From the sequence record SRR16203515_3347: 38,320 nt of DNA. One strand, written 5' to 3'. The position numbers and the translations under genes were made by a program. A model generated the notes under the pieces. The model did not search any database and had not been told where the DNA came from. It was given only the letters and a program-made list of their open reading frames with translations. Numbering within the stretch: position 1 is the stretch's first letter; every line of letters begins with the position of its first letter. Of the stretch, positions 1 to 9,500 are shown in pieces.

Positions 1-2546
1 TTTTCAAAAGCCTCTCTAGCGTAACTTAGCGATTTTTCAACATCTCCTGCGTCAAAAAATATATTTGCGGCGTTATTCAGCAACAAAGGCATTCTTTTGT
101 ATTTTGTTAGTAGTTCTTCGTAATAAGGACGTATTCTTTCACTTTCCCCTGTGAACTCATAACTCTCCGCTAACGCTAACTCCAATACCACATCATTGGG
201 ATTTTTACTTAACCAAGCTGTTACAACTGACTGCGCTTTCCTATATTCCTTACTTCCATTTAGAGCATGATATAAACCTAAAACTACCTGACTAGAAGGT
301 TCTTTATTAAGTGCCTTATAAAAGTGCGTTTCGGCACGTTTAAAATCGCCCTGTTTCATAGCTAGTTTAGCTGAGTATTGGTCAACTAAAGAAGCTCCCG
401 GAATCAACTTATTGATTGAATAGATGACTTGCTCAGCTCTCTGGAAATCTTCTTGTGCAATAACAATAGGGAATAAAGCAATCAATGGCTCTAATCTTTG
501 TTCGTCCCAAGCAATCGCTTTATTTAAGGATCTAATTGCTGAAGACCTATCTTCGATTGCCATATACGCTTGAGATAACAATAGATAAGCAGGAATTCTA
601 TCTTGCATGCCAGATGCCGTAGCAGAAAGTGAGTCTATCGCTTTTCGGGGTTGGTTTATCCTTAAAAACAACTCTCCGAGCAACATCCTAGAATCAAAAG
701 CTTTCGGATTTTTTTGGGTAAAATCAGTTAACAACGCAATGGCTTCTTCTAGTTCGCCTCGCCTATTGAAACTGGCAATTAGTTTATTCAACGCGTATTC
801 GTTATTAGGCTCGAAAGAGAGAGCCTTTTCATACAGAACATGTGCTTGTTTAAGTTCACCAAACTTATTATATATATCGGCTAATTCAATAGTCAGATCA
901 GTATTATTAGGACGATCCTTCATTATTGATTCAATTCGCTTTACTGCTGCTGTTAGGTCACCTTCTAATACATCAATTCTTGCTAGATGCACAGTAGCTT
1001 TAACATTATCTGGAGCGATGGTTAAAGCTCTATTCAAGTATTCCTTTGCACCTTTAATATCACCTGAATAACCAAGAGCAACTCCATGTTTTTGAGCAAA
1101 AAAACTACTGTTAGGATATTCTTCAACAAGATGACTACTGACTTCCTTAGCACTATTATATTTCCCGGATTTCAAGTAAGCCTCTAGCAACAACAACTCT
1201 GCATTAATCGCTTTGGATTTAGTGTTTTGATTTTTTAGTTCTAATAAAATACCAATGGCGGCTTGATAGTTTTTGGACGACATTTTGCTCTTAGCTAAGT
1301 TCACCTTCGCTTGCTCTGCATTTGGAGACAAAACGGTAACTTGTTCAAAATACCTCTCTGATACTTCAACATTCCCAAGCTCTGCCATTGATATCCCTAA
1401 TAGGGTCAATATTTGAGGCTCATTAGGAAAGTATACATTGGCTTTACTTAGAATATTCTTGGCTGCTTCAGCATCTCCTTGCTTCAATTCGATAGTCGCT
1501 AATAACTCCATAGTATCAAGGTCTTTTTCCATAATACGGAGGTAGCTTTGAAGGTAACCTTTAGCTTCTTCTAAACTTCCAAATTGAAAACTAGTAATAC
1601 CCGCTAAATAATAATACGTAGGATTGTTTTGCATTACTTCAGGAGGGACTGCACTCAGTGTAATAATAACTTCATTAAGGTGTTTCTGACTATCTTCGTT
1701 ATCACCTATGGAGGCGGTCACTATCGCCTTCAAAAATTTGGCCCTTGGTTCCGCAGGTATTTCTTTAAGAATAACGTCTAAATCGTCTAAGGCCGACTCA
1801 TAATTTTCTAAAGAATGATTTATCGCTGCTCGACTAAGACGGGCTTGGAAATGCTTTGGACTGATAACTAATGCTTCGCTAACAGCTTCTAGCGCAACAA
1901 CGAGGTTCCCTTGCATCTGTGCAACGACCGACTTCATGATCCAAGCATTAGAAGATTCTTGAAAAGAGTCTAAGGCATCATCGATGTAACGCATCGCTAT
2001 AGCCAAATTATTTTGACGAACAGCGATTTGCGCTTTTCCCAACTTCGCCTTTTGAAAATTAGGAGAAAGGTTCAACGCATCCGTGAAAGAGTCGTCTGCT
2101 AGTCTTATCTGATTGAGCCCCATTTGAGCTTGTCCGCGCAAAAACAAAATTTGGCTTTCAACACTTTTTCCTCGATAACCAACATTAGCTACTTCAAGGG
2201 CTTCTTCATATTTGTCTTGCAAGATTAACGCCTCTGCCAACAGAGTCACTAATTGATTTATATCAACTCCTTCGTCCTGCAAATCAAGCAATTCGACTTC
2301 TGCCGCCCCTCCTTTACCCTGAGCCAATAGTGTTTTGGCCAACAGAATACGAGATGGGATATGTTCCAGATTATCTTTTAAAGAGTTTCGGAGGTGAATT
2401 ATGGTTTCAGCATAGTCTAATCCATGAAAGCTTCTCAGCGCTTTTTCGTAATCTGCATCAGCGTTAGCATTAACGTTCGTCCCACCAAAGGCACCCGCGA
2501 ATGCCACCAAAGCAAAAATAAAATTACGCCTCCATTTTAACGTCAT
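1..2546 (-). CDS. prsT: PEP-CTERM/exosortase-system TPR-repeat protein, PrsT family (3' end runs off the left edge; at least 848 codons)
   Basis: Not in the ORF track, consistent with no stop inside the window. Hand translation from ATG 2546 (AAGGA upstream): MTLKWRRNFIFALVAFAGAFGGTNVNANADADYEKALRSFHGLDYAETIIHLRNSLKDNLEHIPSRILLAKTLLAQGKGGAAEVEL. The same frame reads ...LLLNNAANIFFDAGDVEKSLSYAREAFE at the edge. The IIHLxNxL/RxLLAx/AExEL pattern, TPR character, size and the adjacent PEP-CTERM gene fit PrsT. Confidence 0.85.
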   Translation of the reverse strand, partial: MTLKWRRNFIFALVAFAGAFGGTNVNANADADYEKALRSFHGLDYAETIIHLRNSLKDNLEHIPSRILLAKTLLAQGKGGAAEVELLDLQDEGVDINQLVTLLAEALILQDKYEEALEVANVGYRGKSVESQILFLRGQAQMGLNQIRLADDSFTDALNLSPNFQKAKLGKAQIAVRQNNLAIAMRYIDDALDSFQESSNAWIMKSVVAQMQGNLVVALEAVSEALVISPKHFQARLSRAAINHSLENYESALDDLDVILKEIPAEPRAKFLKAIVTASIGDNEDSQKHLNEVIITLSAVPPEVMQNNPTYYYLAGITSFQFGSLEEAKGYLQSYLRIMEKDLDTMELLATIELKQGDAEAAKNILSKANVYFPNEPQILTLLGISMAELGNVEVSERYFEQVTVLSPNAEQAKVNLAKSKMSSKNYQAAIGILLELKNQNTKSKAINAELLLLEAYLKSGKYNSAKEVSSHLVEEYPNSSFFAQKHGVALGYSGDIKGAKEYLNRALTIAPDNVKATVHLARIDVLEGDLTAAVKRIESIMKDRPNNTDLTIELADIYNKFGELKQAHVLYEKALSFEPNNEYALNKLIASFNRRGELEEAIALLTDFTQKNPKAFDSRMLLGELFLRINQPRKAIDSLSATASGMQDRIPAYLLLSQAYMAIEDRSSAIRSLNKAIAWDEQRLEPLIALFPIVIAQEDFQRAEQVIYSINKLIPGASLVDQYSAKLAMKQGDFKRAETHFYKALNKEPSSQVVLGLYHALNGSKEYRKAQSVVTAWLSKNPNDVVLELALAESYEFTGESERIRPYYEELLTKYKRMPLLLNNAANIFFDAGDVEKSLSYAREAFE

Positions 2547-2637
2547 TATTTTTTGTCCTTGAGTACTCAAATTTGTTAATATATGTAGTAAGTTATTATC
2601 ACACTTAAACTGGCAAAGGTTAAGCGAATTGTAATTG

Positions 2638-2654
2638 TGTCAGAATATTTAACA
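2638..2654 (+). promoter_or_regulatory. Candidate enhancer-binding-protein site TGT-N11-ACA (PEP-CTERM box; likely PrsR-type activator)
   Basis: TGTCAGAATATTTAACA, 61 nt upstream of the sigma-54 motif; 11/17 identical to the box at 21461-21477. Confidence 0.7.
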
Positions 2655-2715
2655 CTCAACTATTTGTTTCGCAAAAAAAAACACGCAAGCCATTGTAATA
2701 AAAGCGTAAATTTTA

Positions 2716-2732
2716 TTGGCATTAAAATTGCT
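2716..2732 (+). promoter_or_regulatory. Sigma-54 (-24/-12) promoter of the PEP-CTERM gene
   Basis: TTGGCATTAAAATTGCT fits YTGGCACG-N4-TTGCW with exact GG-N10-GC spacing, 88 nt before the ATG. Confidence 0.85.
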
Positions 2733-2820
2733 ATATCAATTAGAACTAGGATGCTGCTTTAGTTGTCGCTTGAAGACTTATTAAATAAAGCAGTCAGTAT
2801 TCAAAGGATTTAAAGTTGTT

Positions 2821-3657
2821 ATGAATAAATCAAAAATATTTTCAATTGCTATAGCGGCATTGGCGTTTAGCAGTAACTCTTGTGTAGCTTCTACAATAGA
2901 GTCAGGGACGCTCCTTGATAACTTTATTGGTGGCGGCGCATCTGAAGATGCATTGCATGGCAGTCTTGGCACTGAACATGTAGACAATAAATACAACACT
3001 AAGGCATTAAATTATACAATCGATAATGCTGGAAACTTGGTTGTAACTATTAATACAACTTTCGCAGGTAACGCAGGTAAATATCATTATGGCGATTTGT
3101 TCATAATGGACGGTGATAATTACAATACACCAGCAAATAACGGCAGCAGTGATTATTCTGCAAGCTGGGATAGAGATAATCGTAAAAGAATTAGTTCAAG
3201 CGCAAACCAATGGGAATATGCATTTAATTTAGATGACAGAAGCTCGAATAATGGCGGCACTGCTAACCTAATAAAAATGGCGTCAAACAGTGACACTTAC
3301 GTTAATGACCTTCAACTATCACACAAGTATGATGGAGATGGTGGTGGTGCAGGTCGTAAAAGACAAGCTATTTTTGCTAAAGATGGAGCGTTTCAATCGA
3401 GTGGTTCGTGGGGCGTAGATTTAGGTGGGACAGGCCATCAAGATAACAAAGTAATCTTCACTATGAATATCTCTGGTATCGACGCTCTTATGAATGCTGA
3501 CTCATTAGCATTTCGTTGGGCAATGACTTGTGCAAACGATATTATAGAAGGCGTTGCAAAAGTAAGCGCGAGAACTTCAGTTCCAGAACCTTCAACAATG
3601 TTTTTGATGCTAGCTGCAATTGGCGGACTGGCAATGAGAAAAAAGAAAATGCTATAG
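2821..3657 (+). CDS. PEP-CTERM sorting-domain surface protein, unknown function (278 aa)
   Basis: N-terminal signal peptide; C-terminal VPEPST, hydrophobic stretch MFLMLAAIGGLAM, basic tail RKKKML. Confidence 0.95.
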   Translation: MNKSKIFSIAIAALAFSSNSCVASTIESGTLLDNFIGGGASEDALHGSLGTEHVDNKYNTKALNYTIDNAGNLVVTINTTFAGNAGKYHYGDLFIMDGDNYNTPANNGSSDYSASWDRDNRKRISSSANQWEYAFNLDDRSSNNGGTANLIKMASNSDTYVNDLQLSHKYDGDGGGAGRKRQAIFAKDGAFQSSGSWGVDLGGTGHQDNKVIFTMNISGIDALMNADSLAFRWAMTCANDIIEGVAKVSARTSVPEPSTMFLMLAAIGGLAMRKKKML

Positions 3658-3677
3658 AGTTTCTCTAGTATTTCGAG

Positions 3678-3704
3678 AAAGACTCCTAAAGGAGTCTTTT
3701 TTTT
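3678..3704 (+). terminator. Intrinsic terminator after the PEP-CTERM gene
   Basis: AAAGACTCC-TAAA-GGAGTCTTT hairpin running into a T8 tract, 20 nt after the stop. Confidence 0.9.
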
Positions 3705-3795
3705 GCCTGAAATTTGATCTGGGTTCTGCTAATACACTTGAATAGCCAGACTTCAATCTCTAAGCTAGTTTTATGTAGCTAAAGGAAATAATTTC

Positions 3796-4197
3796 ATGGA
3801 TTCTCTAGATAAGCAGGGCGATGTTGGTCAAGACTTAATAGATAACAATAGATGTTCAAAAGTGGTTATGTTTTCATTCTTAAACTTAACTTTTTTACCT
3901 ATTGTTAGTTTCGTTTGGTTATTGATTCAATACAAGCGATGTAAAACAAGTGAAAGCGCTAAAGACTCATTATTAGTTCACCATATTCAATTCGGAATTA
4001 AACTAAACATTATTGCTGCTTTTTTCCTTATATTCGTCACATTTTTGATGGTTTTATTTGGTGGCTTTAACTCACCATGGACGTGGGTCTATGTGATCAG
4101 TTATTTCACCTTGGTACATAGCATTTTTATTTTGATATCGGTTTGGGCAATTACTCGTTCTTGGTCGAATAAAAAAGTAATAGAGAGAAGTAGCTGA
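3796..4197 (+). CDS. Small membrane protein with about 3 TM helices, unknown function (possibly DUF4870/Tic20-like)
   Basis: AAGGA RBS; three hydrophobic segments (MFSFLNLTFLPIVSFVWLLI, IIAAFFLIFVTFLMVLFGG, WVYVISYFTLVHSIFILISVWAI). The family link is from topology only. Confidence 0.75.
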   Translation: MDSLDKQGDVGQDLIDNNRCSKVVMFSFLNLTFLPIVSFVWLLIQYKRCKTSESAKDSLLVHHIQFGIKLNIIAAFFLIFVTFLMVLFGGFNSPWTWVYVISYFTLVHSIFILISVWAITRSWSNKKVIERSS

Positions 4198-4233
4198 TGA
4201 TGGTTTCGATAGAGCTGAATTTACTATCTTCAC

Positions 4234-4265
4234 AAAAAAGGCCCCTAAACATAGTCTAGGGACCT
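4234..4265 (-). terminator. Intrinsic terminator after tldD (end of the mre-rng-yhdP-tldD run)
   Basis: Minus strand AGGTCCCTAGAC-TAT-GTTTAGGGGCCT followed by TTTTT; the two apparent mismatches are G-U pairs only in this orientation. Confidence 0.8.
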
Positions 4266-4290
4266 GTCTATTTAGTACTTGGTTGTTTGG

Positions 4291-5729
4291 TTACTGAGTA
4301 CCACCAATCGTCATCTCGTCAACCTTGACTGTCGGCTGCCCGACGCCAACAGGAAGACTCTGTCCATCTTTCCCACAAACTCCGACACCTGCATCAAGCT
4401 CTAAATTGTTGCCAACCATGCTAACGTTCTGCATTGCTTCTGGACCACTACCAATAAGAGTAGCGCCCTTGACTGGCGAGGTTATTTCACCGTTTTCTAT
4501 CAAGTATGCTTCTGACGTGGTAAAAACAAATTTCCCAGACGTAATATCAACCTGACCACCAGCAAAGTGTGGAGCGTATATGCCATTTTTTACAGATTTA
4601 ATGATATCTTCTGGCGAATGTTCTCCGGCGAGCATATAAGTATTTGTCATTCTAGGCATTGGCAAATGTGCGTATGATTCTCTTCGGCCATTCCCTGTAG
4701 GATTAACGTTCATCAAAGCAGCATTTTGTTTGTCTTGCATGTACCCTTTCAAGATACCTTTTTCTATCAAAACGTTGTACTGGCCTGGTGTTCCTTCGTC
4801 ATCAATGTTAATCGAACCACGACGATTCACCAAAGTACCATCATCAACAATGGTACAGTGCTCTGACGTTACTTGCTCTCCTACTCTGCCTGAGAAGGTT
4901 GAAGAGCCCTTGCGGTTAAAGTCACCTTCCAATCCGTGCCCGACAGCTTCATGTAATAAAACAGCTGGCCAGCCTGCTCCCAACACTACGGGTAATGTCG
5001 CAGCAGGTGCTTCTATCGCCACCAAGTTTACTAGCGCTTGTCTAACAGCTTCCTCGGCATATGTTAAATACCTAAACTTATTGTTTGTACTTTCAAAGAA
5101 GTAGCCATAATCCGTTCTTGCACCGCCGCCTCCTGTCCCGCGTTCACGCTTGCCATTATCCTCAACTAACACGGAGCAATTCAACCTAACTAACGGTCTA
5201 ATATCGGTTGCATATGTGCCATCACTAGCAGCAACAAGGATTTTTTCATAAACACCAGAAAGACTGACAATAACTTGCTTTACTCGTTTGTCTTGCGCAC
5301 GAGCATGTGCTTCTACCTCGTGTAATAGGTTTATTTTTGCTTCTTGCGACAAGCTAGCAACGGATCAACCCCTTCGTATATTACTTTCGATTCGCTAGGT
5401 GCAAATACTTTTACTTTATGTGATTGTCCGCCATTGGCGATGCCTCTTGCGGCATCTGCGGCTTTTGCTAATGCTATAGGGTTAATATCATCAGAATAAG
5501 CAAACCCTGTTTTTTCCCCAGACACGGCTCTAACACCCACACCACGCTCAATATTGTATGAGCCTTCTTTTACTATTCCGTCTTCGAGCATCCACGATTC
5601 ATGTCGACTTGACTGAAAGTATAAGTCTGCCAAATTCACCTGCTTTTGGTGAATGTTTTCCAACGTAGCTAATAAATCTGATTGTTCTAGATTACTGTCA
5701 GCAAGTAACTCGCGCTCAACTATATTCAT
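4291..5729 (-). pseudogene. tldD: Metalloprotease TldD, frameshifted (real pseudogene or sequencing error)
   Basis: ORF 5331-5729 is the TldD N-terminus (ADLYFQ..HESWMLEDGIVKEGSYNIERGVGVRAVSGEKTGFAYSD). ORF 4291-5352 is the remainder ([50 protein letters not shown]). Adding one base at about 5358-5363 gives one 479-aa protein. Confidence 0.9.
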
Positions 5730-5731
5730 AT

Positions 5732-6553
5732 TTATTTTAACTCTACTTTAAATTTATCATGCTCTAACACCGGCATGCTTGAACGAATCTGTGTAATTAG
5801 GTCTGGGTCGAAGATTGCAGAAGCATAACCTTCGCCTGAATTTATTGACGATAGAACCTCTCCCCAAGGACTGATGATCATACTGTGTCCCCAGGTTTCG
5901 CGACCATTGCGATGCACGCCCTCTTGTCCTGCCGCCACAATATATACTTGGTTTTCAATTGCTCGGGCTTGTAGTAAGGGCAACCAGTGAGCCTTTCCTG
6001 TAACAGCTGTAAAAGCACTAGGTACCGTAATTACGTTAGCGCCTAACTCTCTTAAACTTCGAAATAAAGCCGGGAAGCGCAAATCATAACAAACGCTCAA
6101 CCCAACACTTGCAAATGAGCTTTCAAATGTTTTAATAGCTTTACCTGCTTCTGCGTACTTTGACTCTGCGTAGTTTTTCGATTTATCTTCAACCACTACA
6201 TCGAATAAATGCAATTTCTCATACTGAGTAATTAGCGCGCCTACCGGCGAAAAAACTAAACATGAATTACTAAACTTTGTTTCACTGAATGGCGATGGAG
6301 TAGTGCCAGCAACCAGGTAGCAGGCATATTTTTTAGCTAGTTGAGCGAAACGTTCAAGTACCCTTAACGCTTCAATATTTTTCGACAGCGTAAGTTGCTC
6401 AGAGTCGCTACCACCAAAAAATAAACAACACTCAGGCAGTAAAACAAGGTGTTCGTCAGCTTCAGGGAGCTCAGACATTATTCGGTCGATTGTCGCGAAA
6501 TTTTCGTCAACATCTGGAACCGAGCACAATTGCACTACAGATAATCTAACCAT
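5732..6553 (-). CDS. Carbon-nitrogen hydrolase family protein (Nit1-like, probable deaminated glutathione amidase)
   Basis: Catalytic triad motifs LPE, YEKLHLFDV, SVCYDLRFP; also ARAIENQ and ETWGHSMIISPWG. Likely start ATG 6553 overlaps the yhdP stop. Usual yhdP-nit-tldD position. Confidence 0.9.
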   Translation of the reverse strand: MVRLSVVQLCSVPDVDENFATIDRIMSELPEADEHLVLLPECCLFFGGSDSEQLTLSKNIEALRVLERFAQLAKKYACYLVAGTTPSPFSETKFSNSCLVFSPVGALITQYEKLHLFDVVVEDKSKNYAESKYAEAGKAIKTFESSFASVGLSVCYDLRFPALFRSLRELGANVITVPSAFTAVTGKAHWLPLLQARAIENQVYIVAAGQEGVHRNGRETWGHSMIISPWGEVLSSINSGEGYASAIFDPDLITQIRSSMPVLEHDKFKVELK

Positions 6554-9500
6554 CGATATCATCCGATAGCATTGGTTTATTTTTTCTATCTTTCGTCTTA
6601 TTGTCTTGTACTGGAGCTTGCGCTTCTTTTTTAGTATCTACTATTTGAGGAGGTTGTGAGCGACCTACTGAGATATCTTTCGTTTTACGATTCACCTCTT
6701 TCATATTGGGCTCATCAATATTGCCAGTTAGCTCAAAAGAAAACTCTGAAACGACACTAGAGGTTATCACTTGATCTATCGCTATGCCCGCCAAGAAAAT
6801 AGTTGGCTGTAAAGTCGCTATCCAGCCAAGTACCGGAAGACTAGAAGTTAGATTCGGCTTGTAAGAAAGCTTGTAGTCAAGCTCTCCGCTATCTAACACG
6901 GTATTGCCTGCCATTAACATATTACCAGCGGCGCCATCCATCTTCGTATTGTCGGTGTAAAGTACGCCGTCTTTTAACTGAAAATCGCCAGTGATTGAGC
7001 TATAAAACATGCCATCACTAAAAATATCTCTAAAATCTAAAGTGAGTTTTCTTACCAATGATTGCAAGCTTAAAACCGAGAATATCTTCGCTTTATCACT
7101 TACTTCCGCCAAGTAACCTTCAGATATGGTGGCAGATACTTCACCATTGAGATTAGACAATTGGAAGTCTTGAGGACCACCCTGCCACTGCGTATCGAAT
7201 GACATTTCCAAACCGCTATCTTTAATAATTGACTCGTAGCCCAGCTTTTCAGACTCACGTTCTATCTTACTAATGAATGACTTCCCTACGAGCGAAGTTA
7301 CCGAGCCGCTTTCATTTTGTTGCCACGTCATGTCGAATGTCAGTTCTGATTTATCTCGTTGGGCTCTAAATTGCTTTAAGACTAACGTATCCTCAGTATC
7401 TCTCACGATTGAAAAGTCGACTTCACCAAAGTCTGCCATGCCTACTTTACAACTATCACAGTGAAATTTTACAGGAGGAACGTTATAAAATATTTTGTTT
7501 CCATCGTAATTTTCCACGATGGAATCTATTTCACTTTCGGCGAGCGTGATTGTACTTACATTAGCATCAACAACACTAGCTTGGGCAATACTGCCTTCCT
7601 TCAAAAGCGCTGTATCTTCCGGCTTTTCTGGTATCGGAAAGTGCAAAAAGTCAGCGTTAATAGCAACACCTTGCTTTTGCCAATCGGAATAAAATGTCAC
7701 TTCCGTACGAGCTTCTTTCGCGTTTAATTGCAACAACCACCAAGCATTTTTATCCAGTAAATTAAACGATACATCTGATAATGAATGGCCCAGCATATCG
7801 AGCTTTCCGATGGTTCCTCTAATACGCTCTGGAATTGTGAATAATTGACTGTTAGCTGCAGGTGTTTGTTGATTTATTACGTGCTGCTGGGAAATACTAC
7901 CCAAAATATCGCTAATAAATGGGTGCCATTGATTTATATCTGCTTTTGCCAAGCTAGTGGTGATATGAAATCCATCCATTGGCAGCAACATTTTTTCGTC
8001 ACCCAAAACAAGATGTGCTTGAGAAAATTGAATAGCCTTGTGGTTTAGTACCCCGTAAAAGCTTAATTTGTCACCCATTGTCGCATTGAAGGTAGACGCT
8101 GTATTGTGTCCATCTACCTTGATTTCAAATGCGACTTCTTCCTCAGCGGCTTTGTTATAGGGAGCAGGAAACAGCACTGTGGACTCTTTAAGGTTCGAAT
8201 TAAGCGTCAAGTCATACGAGAAGCCACCACTATCATGCTCGAATAACGATAAAGCGCCTTGCCAGGCTATATTACCTTCACCATAGCTAACAAGGTCCGC
8301 TGGAATATTTTTTTGCCATTCAGCTTCAGACCATTTAGCACTCATATCGATGGTTGTAGTGTAGTATTCGTCGTTTTTACTAGAGGCCGCATCAATACTT
8401 ATTGGCATATCACGCCAAAAAATATCAACGTTCTTTGCAGAAATAGAGCCGTTCTCAAAGTTTAGTAGCCCAGAAACTTTCGTAAACTCCATTGAAGGGG
8501 AAGATAATGCAATATGGTTTTCAGAAAAATTAACTAAACCACTAGCGATAACGTTAGGTTTATCATCTAAAGGTAAATGTAGATGAAAATCGACATCGAT
8601 TGGCTTATTGATAACGATTTGTTCGAGCGTTTTCCCTACCGTATTAACGAAAGGACTTTCGTTCATTAGATTGGTCACTTTGATCGGTTCTTCACCCCGA
8701 ACATTAACGTCCACGGTGAGAATTTTATCACCTTTTAATTCGTCAATTGCCGCTTCTACACCCTTTACATTTAGGCCGACAAGCTCTCCTGCACGCGCCG
8801 TAATGAGCATGCTGTTATTAGTGAAATTTAAATTCGCATCAAACTTCTCTATTGCAGGCCATTCTTTGGTAAACCTATAAGTGCTCTTTGTTAGTTCGGC
8901 ATCAACAACAAATATGCCTTCATTTTCATTGAAAGGGAACTTCGACAGCGGTCCATTAAATAAAACATTAGCCTGCGGTATAAAGCCGTCAATAATGCCG
9001 TCATTCAAATATCCGACTAGGTTCTTTCCCATTAATAAATACGGGTAGTAATGATTTGCATGCTTAGCATCAAGGTTATTGATTGTTGTTAACAGTGCCA
9101 TGCTCGCATCGCCACTTTCTGGAATCGTAACGTTAACATCACCTACCAGTGACAATTCTGGCGATTCGATAACAATATCGTTAACATTCAACTTAAAGTC
9201 AGGGAGAGAAAAATCAGCAACAATTTGTGTTTTAATTTTGCTGTAAGGAATCGGTTGAATGAAATGTTTATCGAAATCAAGGTGGCCATCTTGCGCATCG
9301 ACCTCAACAACAAGAAGTTCATTATTCAAACGAAGGTTAGCTGAAAGGTTATCCAGACCGGGGATACCTGCTACAAAGTTTGTTTTTTCGAGCGCTACGA
9401 ACGCTGTCGCTGACGTACCTTTTGCATCTGTTTTGAAGTAGAGGTCTTCAATGTGGCCTTTTGCAGAGAGTCCGTCCAATATATTTTGCATTTTTTCATC

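Noticed and set aside
607-1071. 154-aa plus-strand ORF from the track
   Set aside because: Antisense shadow of the prsT frame; no recognisable motif.
2610-2626. Second plus-strand GG-N10-GC match, CTGGCAAAGGTTAAGCG
   Set aside because: Poor -12 element (AAGC) and located upstream of the enhancer box; the 2716-2732 site is much better.
5331-5345. Programmed -1 frameshift at CAA AAA TAA in tldD
   Set aside because: Not a canonical X XXY YYZ heptamer, and TldD-like sequence (SLSQEAK) already resumes in the -1 frame upstream of it, pointing to an indel instead.
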